This document shows positions 1-13,371 of a stretch of DNA of 64,000 bases, in pieces (within the stretch, counting starts at the first letter, position 1; each line of letters begins with the position of its first letter). Both the position numbers and the translations under genes were made by a program. The notes under the pieces were generated by a model. The model made no database searches. It was not told where the DNA came from and saw only the letters and a list, made by a program, of their open reading frames with translations. Origin of the DNA: Iphione sp. A-MEVVRFRX5 (taxonomy: Eukaryota); NCBI GenBank assembly GCA_976226885.1, contig OZ320322.1:37634001-37698000 (forward strand). The letters are read 5' to 3'.

Positions 1-3000
1 CAGTGAGGTCCTAATCCCAACGTCGTTTCTACGATTGGGTCAGTATAGCCTTCGAAACTACAAACACACAAGACTCTTGCTGCACAAATATATCTCTACA
101 TGACCCTGTTTTTACTCGACCTCCTCCTTTCAGAAAAGCATTTTTTCTTCCTGCAAATAATTGAGATTCATGTGGATTTCTCACTGAACATGGTTCTTAG
201 AATCTTAGATACATAAAAGATACTAAGAGAATATTTTCTCCAGTGCTGAACCAAATTGTATTACACTTTTCTCAAAAGAAAGTATCGGTATCATTCTTAA
301 CAGGTTTAAATCGATTTCAAAATGGGTTACGTGGTTCTTAAAGACAGATTTGATTGAGAAGCTCTTGTAAAAAAATATCCTCATCGTCCCAAGCCTTAGT
401 CTAATGTGTGTCGAATCATGTTTCCATCATCACGAAAAGCAGCTAGAATATCATTTGAGACAGATAAATATTCCTAAATGTATTAATGATTAATATACTA
501 ATTCCTTGCCTGTATTTCTCCGAAGTTGAGATTTTTGCAGGTCTGTTAACCTGGACATTCTTTCCATACAGAATAAATGTTGCTGAATATTGTTTCAACT
601 GATATAAAAGCTACATGACATTGTATTAAAAAAAAACAGCAGCAAAATTGAACTTAAAGTCAAGTCTTCAAGAAGAGGGAACAAATTGGTTCTCAATTAC
701 GGGCGGAATATTTTGGTTGGCATGGGGACTAGAATATCATGTTGACAGCCCAGTGATTTAGAAAATGTTAAAAATATGTTATTTAGTACCCTACTCTACC
801 CACTATCAGACCGTTGACTTCACACCCTACTAAGTCATCAACATGGTCAAACAATTTTCTGAGGGATGCCTATATTATAAATGAGACATCTCATCGAAAT
901 TAAAACGAATCTTCGGGAACATGGACCTCAGCTGATTTGTTCATATTTTTTCTAATTGAGGTTGACATAACATAAGATTTATTGACAGTATCATGCACCC
1001 CTGCACGAAATTGTTGCTTTCTCGTCGGTGTACTTCTGGGGGAAAGGGGCTATATATTGTTTGCTTTCCTCAATACAGTCCACATACATTCTGCCTCAGC
1101 GAATAAAATTCATGTATTCATAGTTGAGCTGGACATACGGGACACTACATTCGACCCCTGAGAGAATCTTGACTGAGTTTACATCGAGAAGAGGATCCCT
1201 GATAAATTGAGACCAAGATATCTGAAAAAAGATCCACTTAGCCACACGCACAACTCGGGCGTTACAAAGGCCTGGTATGGTTACACTGAATGAGTTCCTT
1301 ACATTATGAAATGCCAAGACCTGCTCTGGCAGCAGGTTCCCTCTACATGAACGCCCCGCAAAGTTTGTCCATTATGAGGTAATAGTAAACACTCAATTTG
1401 TGGTACGTATTAATTAAATGTACATAAGTTCCCTTCTCACAACCATCCATAACGTTAATGTTTTTCATTTTCACGCTCAGATTCATGCCTCGTTCAGTGT
1501 TTATAGCTAGCATTGCCACAGAGAGTGCACAGATCAACACTGTGATTTAGAAATGCCAGTGTCCACAAAGATTAAGCTTTCATTATTCTGTAAATGACTG
1601 CGGAGACATCTCTCGAGACAATGTTTGTCTCCTTCCTGTCTATGTACATGTGTATGATTCATTTCTTGCTGCCATTTTGGAGATCGCTGGTTAGAACCTG
1701 AGGCACATGATATGTTTTGTTTGTCATGTGAATTCCTTAAATGTTTATCAGAACATCCATGCCACTAGCGTCTACGCAATGCATTATGATCAAGGATAAC
1801 TGTTTTGTTACCATATCGGTGAACTGAATGAGCCAATTCGGTGGAATATGGCTCACTATGGCTACTCAGGAATCTCCAAATAGTCACTCCTCACGTCTAA
1901 ACTTGGCCCTTGAAGACATTCTATATATATACTGCCCTATACAATCATGCAAGCACGTTCCCGTGGTCATAGGCAGCAAGACAACCACAGACCATCGTTT
2001 GATTCCATAAATACAGAAGTGGGTACTACTCCGTTCTTTCTGTCGAGTGTTATCTATTGGGTGGCAAAACGTGAAAAGCATTTTCCACCAAAACGTTCTA
2101 GTTTTTTCCCTGGAAACCTATATTTGCCTGCCCTATGGAGCTGTTTTAATCACCAAATGACTGTAGATGGATGACAGTCTTACCGCGTGTGACACACTCT
2201 ACAGGCTGGGTCGAACATTTCATGCCCATGCATGTATCAATGCCGAGTGTGTGTTGGGATCGGTGCGGTGGACCATAACTGACGGGGTTTGCACTGACCA
2301 CATTGGTGACGGAGATATAGTACCTTGGTGAGTCTCTCATGTCGACTGGAGCTGCTCACATCAAGCACACCGGAGTGGTTCTCCTCCCACCGCATCCCCC
2401 GCCCCGCCATCACACACACATAACCCAAATCTCTCCGGGGAGGGGTCGGGGCCGACTCTACTGACCAACCGGTGGACGCTGGAGCAATCCCAAGACAACA
2501 TACCCTCCACCCTCCACCTTACCCTCCAGCCCACCACCTCCCCACCCCCCACACACCCTGGCTCCCACATTCGGCTCTCCGATACCAAATAGGTCTCTCA
2601 ATATTCCAGTCCACGTCCCATGCCAGGCCCTGTCGTCGTGTCAAGGCTGGGAGGTGTGCTGAAGGTGGGTGTAAGGGTAGGTGGGGAACGTAACTACAGC
2701 CATTCTATGTGGGTGTTCCTTGTCATATGAAAGAGCTTGCAAAAAAGGCCTGTCATTTGCTCGTTCCCAATCTCTGTTTCCTATAGTATCTCTGGTACCT
2801 TCGTCATTATTCTCCTGTGGACGGATCAGGCTCTCCCTCCTAGCGACCTGTTTCTCTTCAATTCTCAATGTTTTCCCCGGCGGGAAGATGAACAAACATC
2901 AATAACATCACCCCCGGGAGGAGAGAGGCGAGGGCCGGAGCTCGAATACTGGTAGGTGCGATTATGACTGGTGACTGCCTTCAGGAATCAAACACTAAGA

Positions 3001-4401
3001 GGGGACTTTGACATGATGGCAAGTTCGTTTCATTTTCCTTCTTCCTTTTCCCGTTTCTTATTCTCTTTCCCGACAGGACAGGCCCACATTTGAGAGTCGT
3101 CCCCGTTGTCCTCGCTGCTCCGAAGGACAATTGGTGTGAGCATTCCGTCCTATACAACTCTTAAAGGTAAACCAGCCAACCGTCCTACTTTTGACATGCA
3201 AAACAGGGCCCCATTGCCCATACTAGAACGAGAGATGGGGGTGGAGGAAGACGAGAGAGGGAAGGGGGACCGGCCCGAGCAAGCCGTTACCATAGCAACG
3301 ATGGCTTTGGGAACAGATGCGAATGGACTGAGTGAGCTGTCCGACCGTCAACCCCAGGGCTGGTAGGTGGGTGGCTGGTAAGAAGTAGGGTGGTGGTGTT
3401 CGCTGCAGAGTCGTCAAAAGGTAAGAATTAAGAAAGCACTGCTTGGCCAGGGTGCATGAACATGAACCAACCCGAATCTTTCCGAGATGTCCACAGTTTC
3501 TCTTCCTACTATACCTTGTTCCCCACTTCTATAAGCTCTACACGGTTTTGACCTCCCCCTTGGGTGCCACTCACCCTACCAGCCCATCTTCCAAACCCCG
3601 ACGACCCTATGCCCGCCCACCTAACACCTCCCTATTGAGCTCAGTCTCCCTTCCCAATATGCCCCTATCTATACCACTACCTGCCCGCTTTAGTTCTCCA
3701 ACGAACCCACTTCCTACCGGCCGCACTCACATACCACCTGAACGTACTGTCTAGAGGCCTCTATAGAAAAAAAAAACAACTGTTGACAATTTCATTACCC
3801 TCCGTGCCATAGAGCCGATTAATATTTGGGACGCACGAGGTGTGGCTATCAAATAAGCGTGTGTCCTCTTCTCTAGTATACGCATACATGTGTGCACCAC
3901 GTCTGAATTGTCCACCTAAATTGAGCGTCATGGCCAGCTGCTGTCTGATTTACCTACGGTACAGACAGCCTGTGTACTTGGTGTGATGTATGCATACATA
4001 GTATGGATGAGATCCGACAACAAACGCAAAAGGCAATATCAGGCGTGGTTTACAAAAAAAGAAACTAAAATGGAAACAGCAAAAATACATGAGAAAAAAA
4101 CTGAAAAACATATTGTAAGAAACTGAGGTAGCATTGGTCACGAGAATGTTACAAGCAGATATATATGTATAATGTCGGTAAAATTCCTGAGGTGATCCAT
4201 GCAAAATGTTGCATTTCTTTTCATTATCAGTAAACCTTTGAAGTCTGATGTAAATTTGAATGAAAATTCTCAATTTGTTGTCACGAGATTCACCATTACC
4301 CCCACCCCTCTTGATTTCTTTTATTATCATTACGATACCCCATATAAAACCAGTCAGTCAATTAAGTCTTTTGAGTAGTGCCACTGTCATTTTGGCCACT
4401 T

Positions 4402-4833
<432 letters not shown>

Positions 4834-5414
4834 CTAGGATAAATTAACACTTGAATACCTCAAGATTTACGATACATTTAAGCCGAAGAAAGTTTTAAAG
4901 AGGAAAGTTGGCGACACTGATAAAGGTTAGTTCAAACAAACAAAGGGTGTACGATGCTTGAGCTGACGGTATACTTGTTTATAGACCCATTATGGCTACG
5001 AGTTGGGGTGAAAAAAGACCATTAATACTTATACATGATGGCAGTGTTCCATACAATTTGTATGTCAGAGTAGCAACGTGATGTCAACTAAAAACAGACC
5101 TACATCAGAGCCGAAGGGGGGAAACAAGAACGCAATTACAGAAAGTCTGTGATCACAGAGCTAGCTTTAGCTTCTAGGTGGAGCTTCGCCACAATGCCAG
5201 AAGCCCGCCTAATAGCTACATTTAATGGTTATGGCAGAGTTATGGGGGTCAGGGTGGAGACCTCGGGACCCATGACCCATAAAAGGCCTGCACGGGTTAA
5301 ATGATTGTACATGGATCTAATGGGACCACATTGATTTCTGGGGGACCTCTGCACCTTACAGTTCAACCCACAGCACCCGCCATTGCTGGCTAAAAATACA
5401 AGTGAGGCCGTTTC

Positions 5415-5428
5415 GGTTCAAGAGGTCA
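5415..5428 (+). promoter_or_regulatory. Nuclear-receptor direct repeat DR2 (RARE-like) in Lox5 intron
   Basis: GGTTCA-AG-AGGTCA, a perfect match to RGKTCA(n2)RGKTCA. Function is not shown. Confidence 0.4.
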
Positions 5429-6056
5429 AAACCCCCCCTTAACAGCTGGTAAAGCTGGTCCCGACGTGAGCAAGGGGTGCTCCGCATTGCATCCCTGATA
5501 ACAATCCCCCCTTGGGCCCGATGTGCTGAGCACATACTGAGCAAATGAGGAATCCATACTTAGACAGTGGTAGGACGTCAGGGGACCCCATGTTAAGAGT
5601 CGGGGCAGAGTTTCAACTGCTCAATACCCTTCAGTGACCTTCCTGCAGACAGCTGCTCACCAGATTAGCTCGATAAACCTCTCTGGCAATGATGCAAAAA
5701 GCCCCGTCCGGTTCTAAACATAGCCCTAAGAAATGAAACCTGGAAAAAGGAGATCTTTCCAGTTCCCATTTTAACTATCTATTTGATCTGGTTTTTACAA
5801 TTTTGCCTTATTCATATATTGCCTGTGAAAAGGTATGGAGTTGTTCATGGTATTGTGTTCCCGCTGGTAGACATACATCATTGGTTCGCATCTTTGCTCA
5901 GTTCAGTTTGACTGACATCTAGAGACGTACCTCACTGCCCAGTATTTCAGACTTAATCTCCCTCTAAGACTGCAATTTTCATAACTCATACCCCAGGAGG
6001 ATATGGAAGAACTCTGCCATGTGATGGAGAATATCTAGTTCCTGGTTAAAGATACA

Positions 6057-6088
6057 ATGAAATAAAATGAAATGAAATGAAATGAAAT
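6057..6088 (+). repeat. AATAAA plus (ATGAA)n short tandem tail, possible retroelement 3' end
   Basis: atgaAATAAAatgaaatgaaatgaaatgaaat. Confidence 0.4.
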
Positions 6089-9000
6089 TAGACCTTTTCA
6101 AACCCTCTCTCTCAGGTCCCTTTCCTTCTCTCACGTTGCCTCAAGTCTTGCTTCTTTCCTCTTTGGTTTGTTTTCCTGTACAGTCTCTTTGATGCCATCA
6201 GTCAATTCAGATCTATACAAAATAATTGTTCCTACTCTACTCTCCTTGGTGACTCGCCTTCTTAGTTTTACTCTTCCTAAGTCTGTGATACTAATTACTT
6301 CTCCCCTAGATGGATCTATATCTTTAGCATTTCCATCTAGCTGCCTTAGTTCTGCTTTTCTTTCAATTATTCAAAGAACAATACGTCTGTGGACCACACA
6401 GGTGCATGCGTCATTAGGGAGGTCCGAGCTAAGGCACATGTTTGACAAAACCTCCTTCGGCTGACGCTGATGGAAGAGCAAATAACGAGATGACAAGGGC
6501 AAAAAAATGCCTCAGAAATGAGAACCCTAGTGAAGAATAAACCGATGCGGGCCCGGGCTCTCCTTTTTTTTGTGATTCCCCAGAGAGGTCTGTAAAGCTT
6601 TGAGGATCTGTGAACACGATTAGGACAAAGGTAAGTGAGGGAGGAGACGGTATACGACTGTTGGTTTTCTTGCAGATTGGCCAATGTGAGTGGGGTCAAA
6701 AGGACGGGTAGGTCTCCCGTGGTCTGAATCTTCGCTCAGTTGGTCTGTGATTCAAGCCTCGCAAATGAGGCGAGTCGCGGAAGCCAGCGCGGCGCAGCGG
6801 CCGGTCTAATTGCCCAACGGTCAGGATTATTCATTTATCATCATCAGAAATTAATTCAATTGGCTTACCCAGGCGAGCATGGGACATGGAGTGGGTCCCA
6901 GCACTGGACAAAATCTGCGCGTGTCTAAGCAACGTGCGTGTGTCGGTCGGCCACCAAAAGTGGCGAAAATGTGGGTTAAGAACCTTTCACGTGAGAGAAA
7001 TACAATATTGTAGTTGACTCGTGAGAGAAATAGTACGGAGGGCCTGTTGATGAGAAAATTGGATACAGCTTTATAATAAGGCAATGTTACAGAGAGAGGT
7101 ATGGTATCCGTGAGACGGAGGAGGACGAGAGAAAGTGTGTTCATACATTTAAAGTGTTTATTCTGGATATAAATTGAAAGAAATAGAAAGAAACAGTTCG
7201 ACAGTAATGGTGTACAATTAGTCGCTTAAGATGAAATACATGTAGAGACCTACGACCCGAAGTAAATTCAGCCAAAAGAAACTGTCAAGTACGTACCATA
7301 TAGGGTCGGGACTTCAAAAGTTAATAACCAATAGAGTAGAATTTGGGAAGAGGCGGCAAGCTCAGCGTGCCGTAAGCCTGGGTGGCAGTGTGACATGGAT
7401 CCATAATGGAACAGCTAGGTGTTAATGCAGTATCTTTCACTCGAAGTGAGCCAACATCTGACCTTTTGAAAGGGTCTCTTTGAGTGGAGTCCCTCGCCCA
7501 TTCATTTTGGACCAGTGCAAGGGTCTAAATCCCCACATTCTCCTCCCTCTTCCCCAGATAGTCCTAGCCCCCTTCCTCCTTCCTTTTCCCCATGCACCAA
7601 AACCTTGCCTGTTCCCTCTGCGTCAGGATGTCGGACGCCAGGGCCTAATTGCTCCGTCATAGCTCGCTGGCCACTCGGTCCATTTGTCCATGGTGCTGAC
7701 CGCTGAAGACCTAGCGTTCACCACTCACAATCAGTTATGGCAGACCCGAGTGCTAACCAGTAAATCATTCTCAGCAAGGCCTGGTTATGTTACCGCGTGG
7801 TCGCCTTCCCCCTTCCCCTTGCTTCCCGCGTCGTCAACAGCGCTAAAATAAGAGAGCAAGGGGCAAGCTTTTTCTCCATAGGTCCTCTTCTAAACGAACC
7901 AATGGTACAATAAGCCTGGATGTCGGAGTATACTTTGTACCCATTTTCCACCCACGCCGATGCCCATGCATAATAAGAGGGGAAGCCACCATACAAGTCC
8001 ATTGTATTTATGTACATGAACATTAACTTGGACTCTTTAATTGATGGTTGTGTTCCTGTCAACTATGACTGGTGTAATTAGACCCAGACAGGGATCGCAT
8101 GAAGTCTTCATGAAAGTCTACAAAATACATCTAAATATAGATAGCAGAAACGGAAAAGAAATGTACAATTGCCAGGGGTGGATCTGGCTATCTTTGGTGA
8201 CATGGTGGCGTGTGAACATGGGCTTTTCACCATTAACCCCCACCCCACCCCACCCCCAGATAAGGACCCCCGGCAGGTCATCAATATTGTGTCAAAATGA
8301 CCATTAGCCCAAAGGCCGACTAGCCGGTCAGCAGGCACGGCCCCGCGTCGTTAGCCGGCCACAATAAAAGATTGACTCATAACCAATCGGGACCGATGGG
8401 CTCATCACAGTGGCTTGAGTGACTATAGGCTGCGAGTAAAACCCCTGATGAGGCAGTCTGAACCGCTGTAGGAGTCAAGAGGTGGATGTCGTCAGGACTG
8501 GTGGGGATGAGTAAAGGACAGGACATCCAGGAGGATAAGCAGATATGAGTGGGTGAGTGGGTAAATCAGAAACACGGAGTCATACGGAGAAAGAAACTGA
8601 GGGCAGAAGAGCCAGGGTTAAGTCAATCTCTCAGGGAGCAGATCATGCGAGTGACACAGAATGAAAGGACTAAGTAGTTAAAGGAATGAGAGCAAGAAAT
8701 TTCTCGCCTCAAAAGAAATTGCGATGGCCATTGACGCAAACACGTTTGGTGTGATCTGGGAGAGAGGGGCGAAGAATGGGTGTTTGGAGCTGTCCCATGT
8801 ATATGCTAAGCAGGCAAGAGGTGCGTGTTGGCAAACATGGGTCGACAGGGTCAAGAGACTTGGTTGTGAGAGGAGGTAAGGAGGTGGGCGAGTGGTAGAG
8901 AAAGAAGTGAGAATTTGAGTACTGCTGTAAGTATAAGAAGAATTGACAGGGATGGGTCAATGTAGGGGCAAAGTAACGTCAATGAAACATTTGCAAGAAA

Positions 9001-12000
9001 TCAAGAGAATTGGTTAGGATGTTGAAGTGTCAGACTGACTCCTTCAGGCCTGATGTCACCTCTGCGTTGGATTGTTTCTTCAGAAGTCAACAGTGCCTAG
9101 TGTACAGTGTACAATGTGTGTGAAAAGCATTTTTTCTCAAATCGGACTACTCTGCCACCAATTACCCAAGCTGTCGGGGGAGTTCCTTGTGGTTGTCTGC
9201 CTACAAGTAGGTGGTCTCCTTCTCCGAATGCTGGCGCTTCAAGTGAGAGGTAATGAAGGATGTAGCAATCAGCTCGTCCCTCTGGCCGCAGCTTAGCCAT
9301 CTCAGAGAGGCAGAGCGGAGACACCCACACACCTGCGAGCTCATTGTTAGTGGACATCTGCGCAAATGAACGTTTGCGGGCCGGAGATGTTGGGATGGGT
9401 AATTTACTTCAGTTGTCAGTGCCTTTTCGTGTTTTTTTTGGCTTTGCAAGCCCCCCCCCCCACCCCTCCCACATCCAGATTGCTTGTATTTCCTTGAGTA
9501 TTTCTTAGAATAAACATTATCTCCTATATTGAAAGACCCTCTCCTCCTTCCATCCCTCTCGATTTTTGCTCTTCCATTTCTTTCCACCTTTCTACATTTT
9601 ACACCCTTTTACCAGCGTTGTTCTCTCGATCTCACTTCTTTTCTTTACCGTCTCCCTCCATGTACATGTTCTTCTAATTTTGTCGGTACAACTGTTTATG
9701 TATCTGTATACCCATGCCACCATTAAAAAAGGGAATGTATTACATAGATAATCACCTAGGGCAATGAGATGTGAGAAGTCAAGGCTGAGCATGACTACAG
9801 GTTTTCTGTATGACCGTTTATCAGACTTGATTGACATGCATGTAAGCCAGAGGAAGTGGTGATTAGTTAATGGCTTTACTCTCTTGTAACACGACGAAAT
9901 CAGTAGAACGCACCAAGATGCAGTTCTCTGATGAATCGCTACACAAGAACATGTTCCTGGGTCGTCTCTGTCAGCTTGTTGGCGAACTGACACGACAACT
10001 TGATGACGGGCCGAGTTGACCACTGTACTTACATCGCCACTCCCTCTCTCTCTCTTCCTACGTCATACACACGTGTAGCTTTTTGCATTTGCCGAAATTG
10101 TCTTTTACGATTTGTTGCCAAGTAGCGGTGTCACTTAATCTTGACACCACCAGTTGTCAGCCTCAACTAAATGCATTTTTTCCATTCTGAGGCTGTATTT
10201 ATATCCTACATGATGTCTGTTACACTAAACTGTACATGCGCTTTCAGTTGGTTACAGAAGTAAATGGCTTGCCTGACAAAGCCCAGTCGACACCCAGTAG
10301 GCTGGGGACGTACTTAAACAACCAGCACATGAAGAAATGAGTGCAAATGTCCTCGAGAAACTACTCACGTGGCCGAAGCACTCAATCTCCTTGCTAACCA
10401 TGTTAAACGTTCAGAGCGTCCCCTACACCCCCCATCTCTTCTCCCTGGTGTGGTTGCACCTGGAAGTGCGCGTACAGCGAACGCAAGGTAAACATTCTTG
10501 GACCAGTCAGTTGTGACTAGTTAGCGTCAGGTGGGGAGATAGCCTCCTCTTAGTAATTCATATTTATTTGGCTGCGAGCGTGTACTCCGACGGCTGCCGT
10601 GTCATTGCAAGCGTGAGGCAGTCAGTCCGGTAGTGTTAAAACTAGGCCAAGCGCCCATGCCTCCCTGCCTGATTGACCAGCCTAGGCGTGAGAAAGACCA
10701 GCCTCCCCGCAGCCTCGCAGAGATGATGGATTGCTCGTCGTGCCATCATTGCTTTCCCTTGCTTTTACCCTCTAACACACTCCCGTGCACTCGGCCTCGA
10801 GTATTGATACAGCCCCTCAAGGCCCGTTGGCCGCGCCCAGTCAAGCTGACAAAATCAAATCCCATGCAAAGGATAGAGCCATTAACCCACTCTCTGATTA
10901 TAAGCACGCTGAGGAGAAATGCGCTGCGTGATTCCCTCTCCCGTTCTCTATGGCTGAAGCGATTCTTCTGTTTCTGTTTATCCTTTCTAATTCATTTGAT
11001 TTTATTCCACGCTGAGGAACAACGGAGATGAATCAATCCCTTTAAAAAAACCCAGTCCATTCATCTCAGTGGAGCTTTTCTGATTTGAATCTCTTGAATG
11101 AATGTTTGCAGTATTTATTGGATTAGCTTTTTTCGGCTGAAATCGAACCATAACTCATGTTTTTTTGGGGGGTAAGACATTAGGTCTATATACACATTTG
11201 GACACTATCTGGCTTCTTCTATGTTTCTTGCTAGACAATCCGACAACATTGATCAAACAAAGCAATCACTTTAATCAAATGCAGAGTGAAACGGGCATTT
11301 GATCATGTGCTTTTGAAGGTAGCTATGATGTTTTGCATGGCAGGGAACTAATTGGAAAAGTAAGAAATTCTGGAACGAGTAGAATTTTTATTGCAGCGTT
11401 TTCTCTTTCAGGATAATTCCCATTCCTCCTCGCTTCTTGCCTCTTTTCAAACACCATCTCCTTCGTGTCTTCATTTGCTTTGTCTTTCATGTCTCCTTTC
11501 CCATCTTCTCAAAATTCTTTTGTTTCTCCTCCCAAATCCCTGCTACTTTATATTTCTGTGCATACTCTTTCTTGTCCCTCCTTTTATATATCCCTTTCTC
11601 TCCTTGCTTTTTGTTGAATGTGCCCCTGTTGTGTCTCTGTATACATATATGTCTATTAAATTGATATTCCCAATGCTTATATCCATTTGTCTGCCTGTTC
11701 TTCTTTCTATTCGGCCATTACTGTTAGTTCTCTCTCATTTCTCAATGCCCTTTGCTTCTTTTTTTAATTCTCGGGAGTCTTTCACATCATATACTCTTTC
11801 TGTTTCTCCGGCCCTTTGTGCGCATAAGTCTGTCCTCTCACTGTCTCTCCCGCAATTTTATGAGTATCATGTTCCTGTCAGTCTCATTTTATCTCACTCG
11901 CTGTCTCTCATTCACTTACCGGTAGGACCATTCTAGCACTTCTCGTGGCTGTACCTAGCTGAGATTTGGCACACAACCCGGGTTTGGAGTGCGCTGCAAC

Positions 12001-12456
12001 CCACACAGCGAGTGACCAACCCGACTTCGACTAACCCCCTCTGTCCGCGGCGGGCGCAATTAAAATCAGCCTTTGGCAAGTACGCTGTGCGTAGACAGGC
12101 AGGGCCGCGCACAGCCATAAAGCCCACAGGCAAAATAGTGTTCGGTACGTAGAATAGAACGTGTTACAAATTCTCACGGACTTCCTGCAGTGTTTAGACT
12201 GTTCAGAAGGCAGAGTTGTTTCGCTGCATGTAGTAAGCGAGTGAAATATGTGCTTTAGGGGCTTGATGACTTGATAAGTGAATTGAGGTTAAAAGACTGT
12301 GAGATCGCACACTTGGGGTAATAGGCGTTCGGTGATTGTGTCAAGACAAGCAGTTAGTCTGTTTTATGTGTGTTTATATGGCACCTCGTGACCTTTGCTT
12401 TTATCATTTTCTGAGTGAATGGCTTCGGACGATGGCGAACCGTACGCAAGCCTGCT

Positions 12457-12469
12457 TGACCTTTGACCC
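12457..12469 (-). promoter_or_regulatory. Nuclear-receptor direct repeat DR1 in Lox5 intron
   Basis: Plus strand TGACCT-T-TGACCC equals GGGTCA-A-AGGTCA on minus, a perfect DR1. Confidence 0.4.
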
Positions 12470-13371
12470 CGACTCTCAGTTACATGAGTGAAAAAAGAAA
12501 ACACATCCACAATGAGGAATGGCATGAAAGGAACCGGGGACCACATGCGAGCAAGAATCAGTCTACGAGTGAAAGGGAAGAAGCATCAGGCTAGGTAGGG
12601 ATAATATGATACTAATGCGCCCAACTGCAGATCAGGCAAGGCCCACATACATCACTCGCTTCTTCAGTTACACCCTCAAACTCTGGGGGCCTTCCTTCCC
12701 ACTTCGTTCATGAGCCATTGACCAAATAAGCACGTTAGAGCGACTTAAACCACGTCTTTCTCGACCTGGGCAAACACACGCACATACATACAGGCTCACA
12801 CACACACTCTTCCAAAGAGGTCGACTCCCGGGACAACTCCCCTGCTGTCTACCGTGCGCTGCCCATTTCTTTCCCTCCCCTCTATTTCTTATTTTTATTT
12901 TGGAATCACTGGTGTTAGTTCTCTTCGTAGTAGGTCAGAGACATAAAAGATTACTACAGCACGCTTCGTCGTACTATGGGGCCCGGGCGTAGTAGGACGG
13001 CAGGGTCCTGGTTGGACGACGGGGCCGTAATGGCCATCGCTAACAGCCATTAAGCATGATATATTCGCTCGTTTAAGGTTCGCGAGCCTTGCATAACGCA
13101 AACAGCGGCGGCAGACTGGGCAAAAAAAGCATCACTGAACCGAAGGTAGGCGTTAGTGAATGGGACTGAACCGGCATGATTTGGTGGAGCTGGCAAGGCT
13201 AGCAGGAGCAGGAAGTTTCCCAAGATGGACTTCGGATAGGTGGCTGAGAGGTCAGGGGAGAGGGTGGGGACCAAAACAAACTTGTGACAAACTCTACAGC
13301 GCTATAGTAGAGGTTTGGCTGGTGGGTAGAGGTGGTGCTAGTAGGGGGGATAAGGTAGGGTTTTGGCTTAC

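Noticed and set aside
11391-11936. 181-aa Leu/Phe/Ser-rich ORF
   Set aside because: Product of a pyrimidine-rich low-complexity tract, antisense within the Lox5 intron, with no recognisable domain.
13199-13371. C-terminal part of the 268-aa ORF (GKPKPYLIPP...SCSC)
   Set aside because: Read-through into the Lox5 intron past the GTAAGC donor; not part of the spliced protein.
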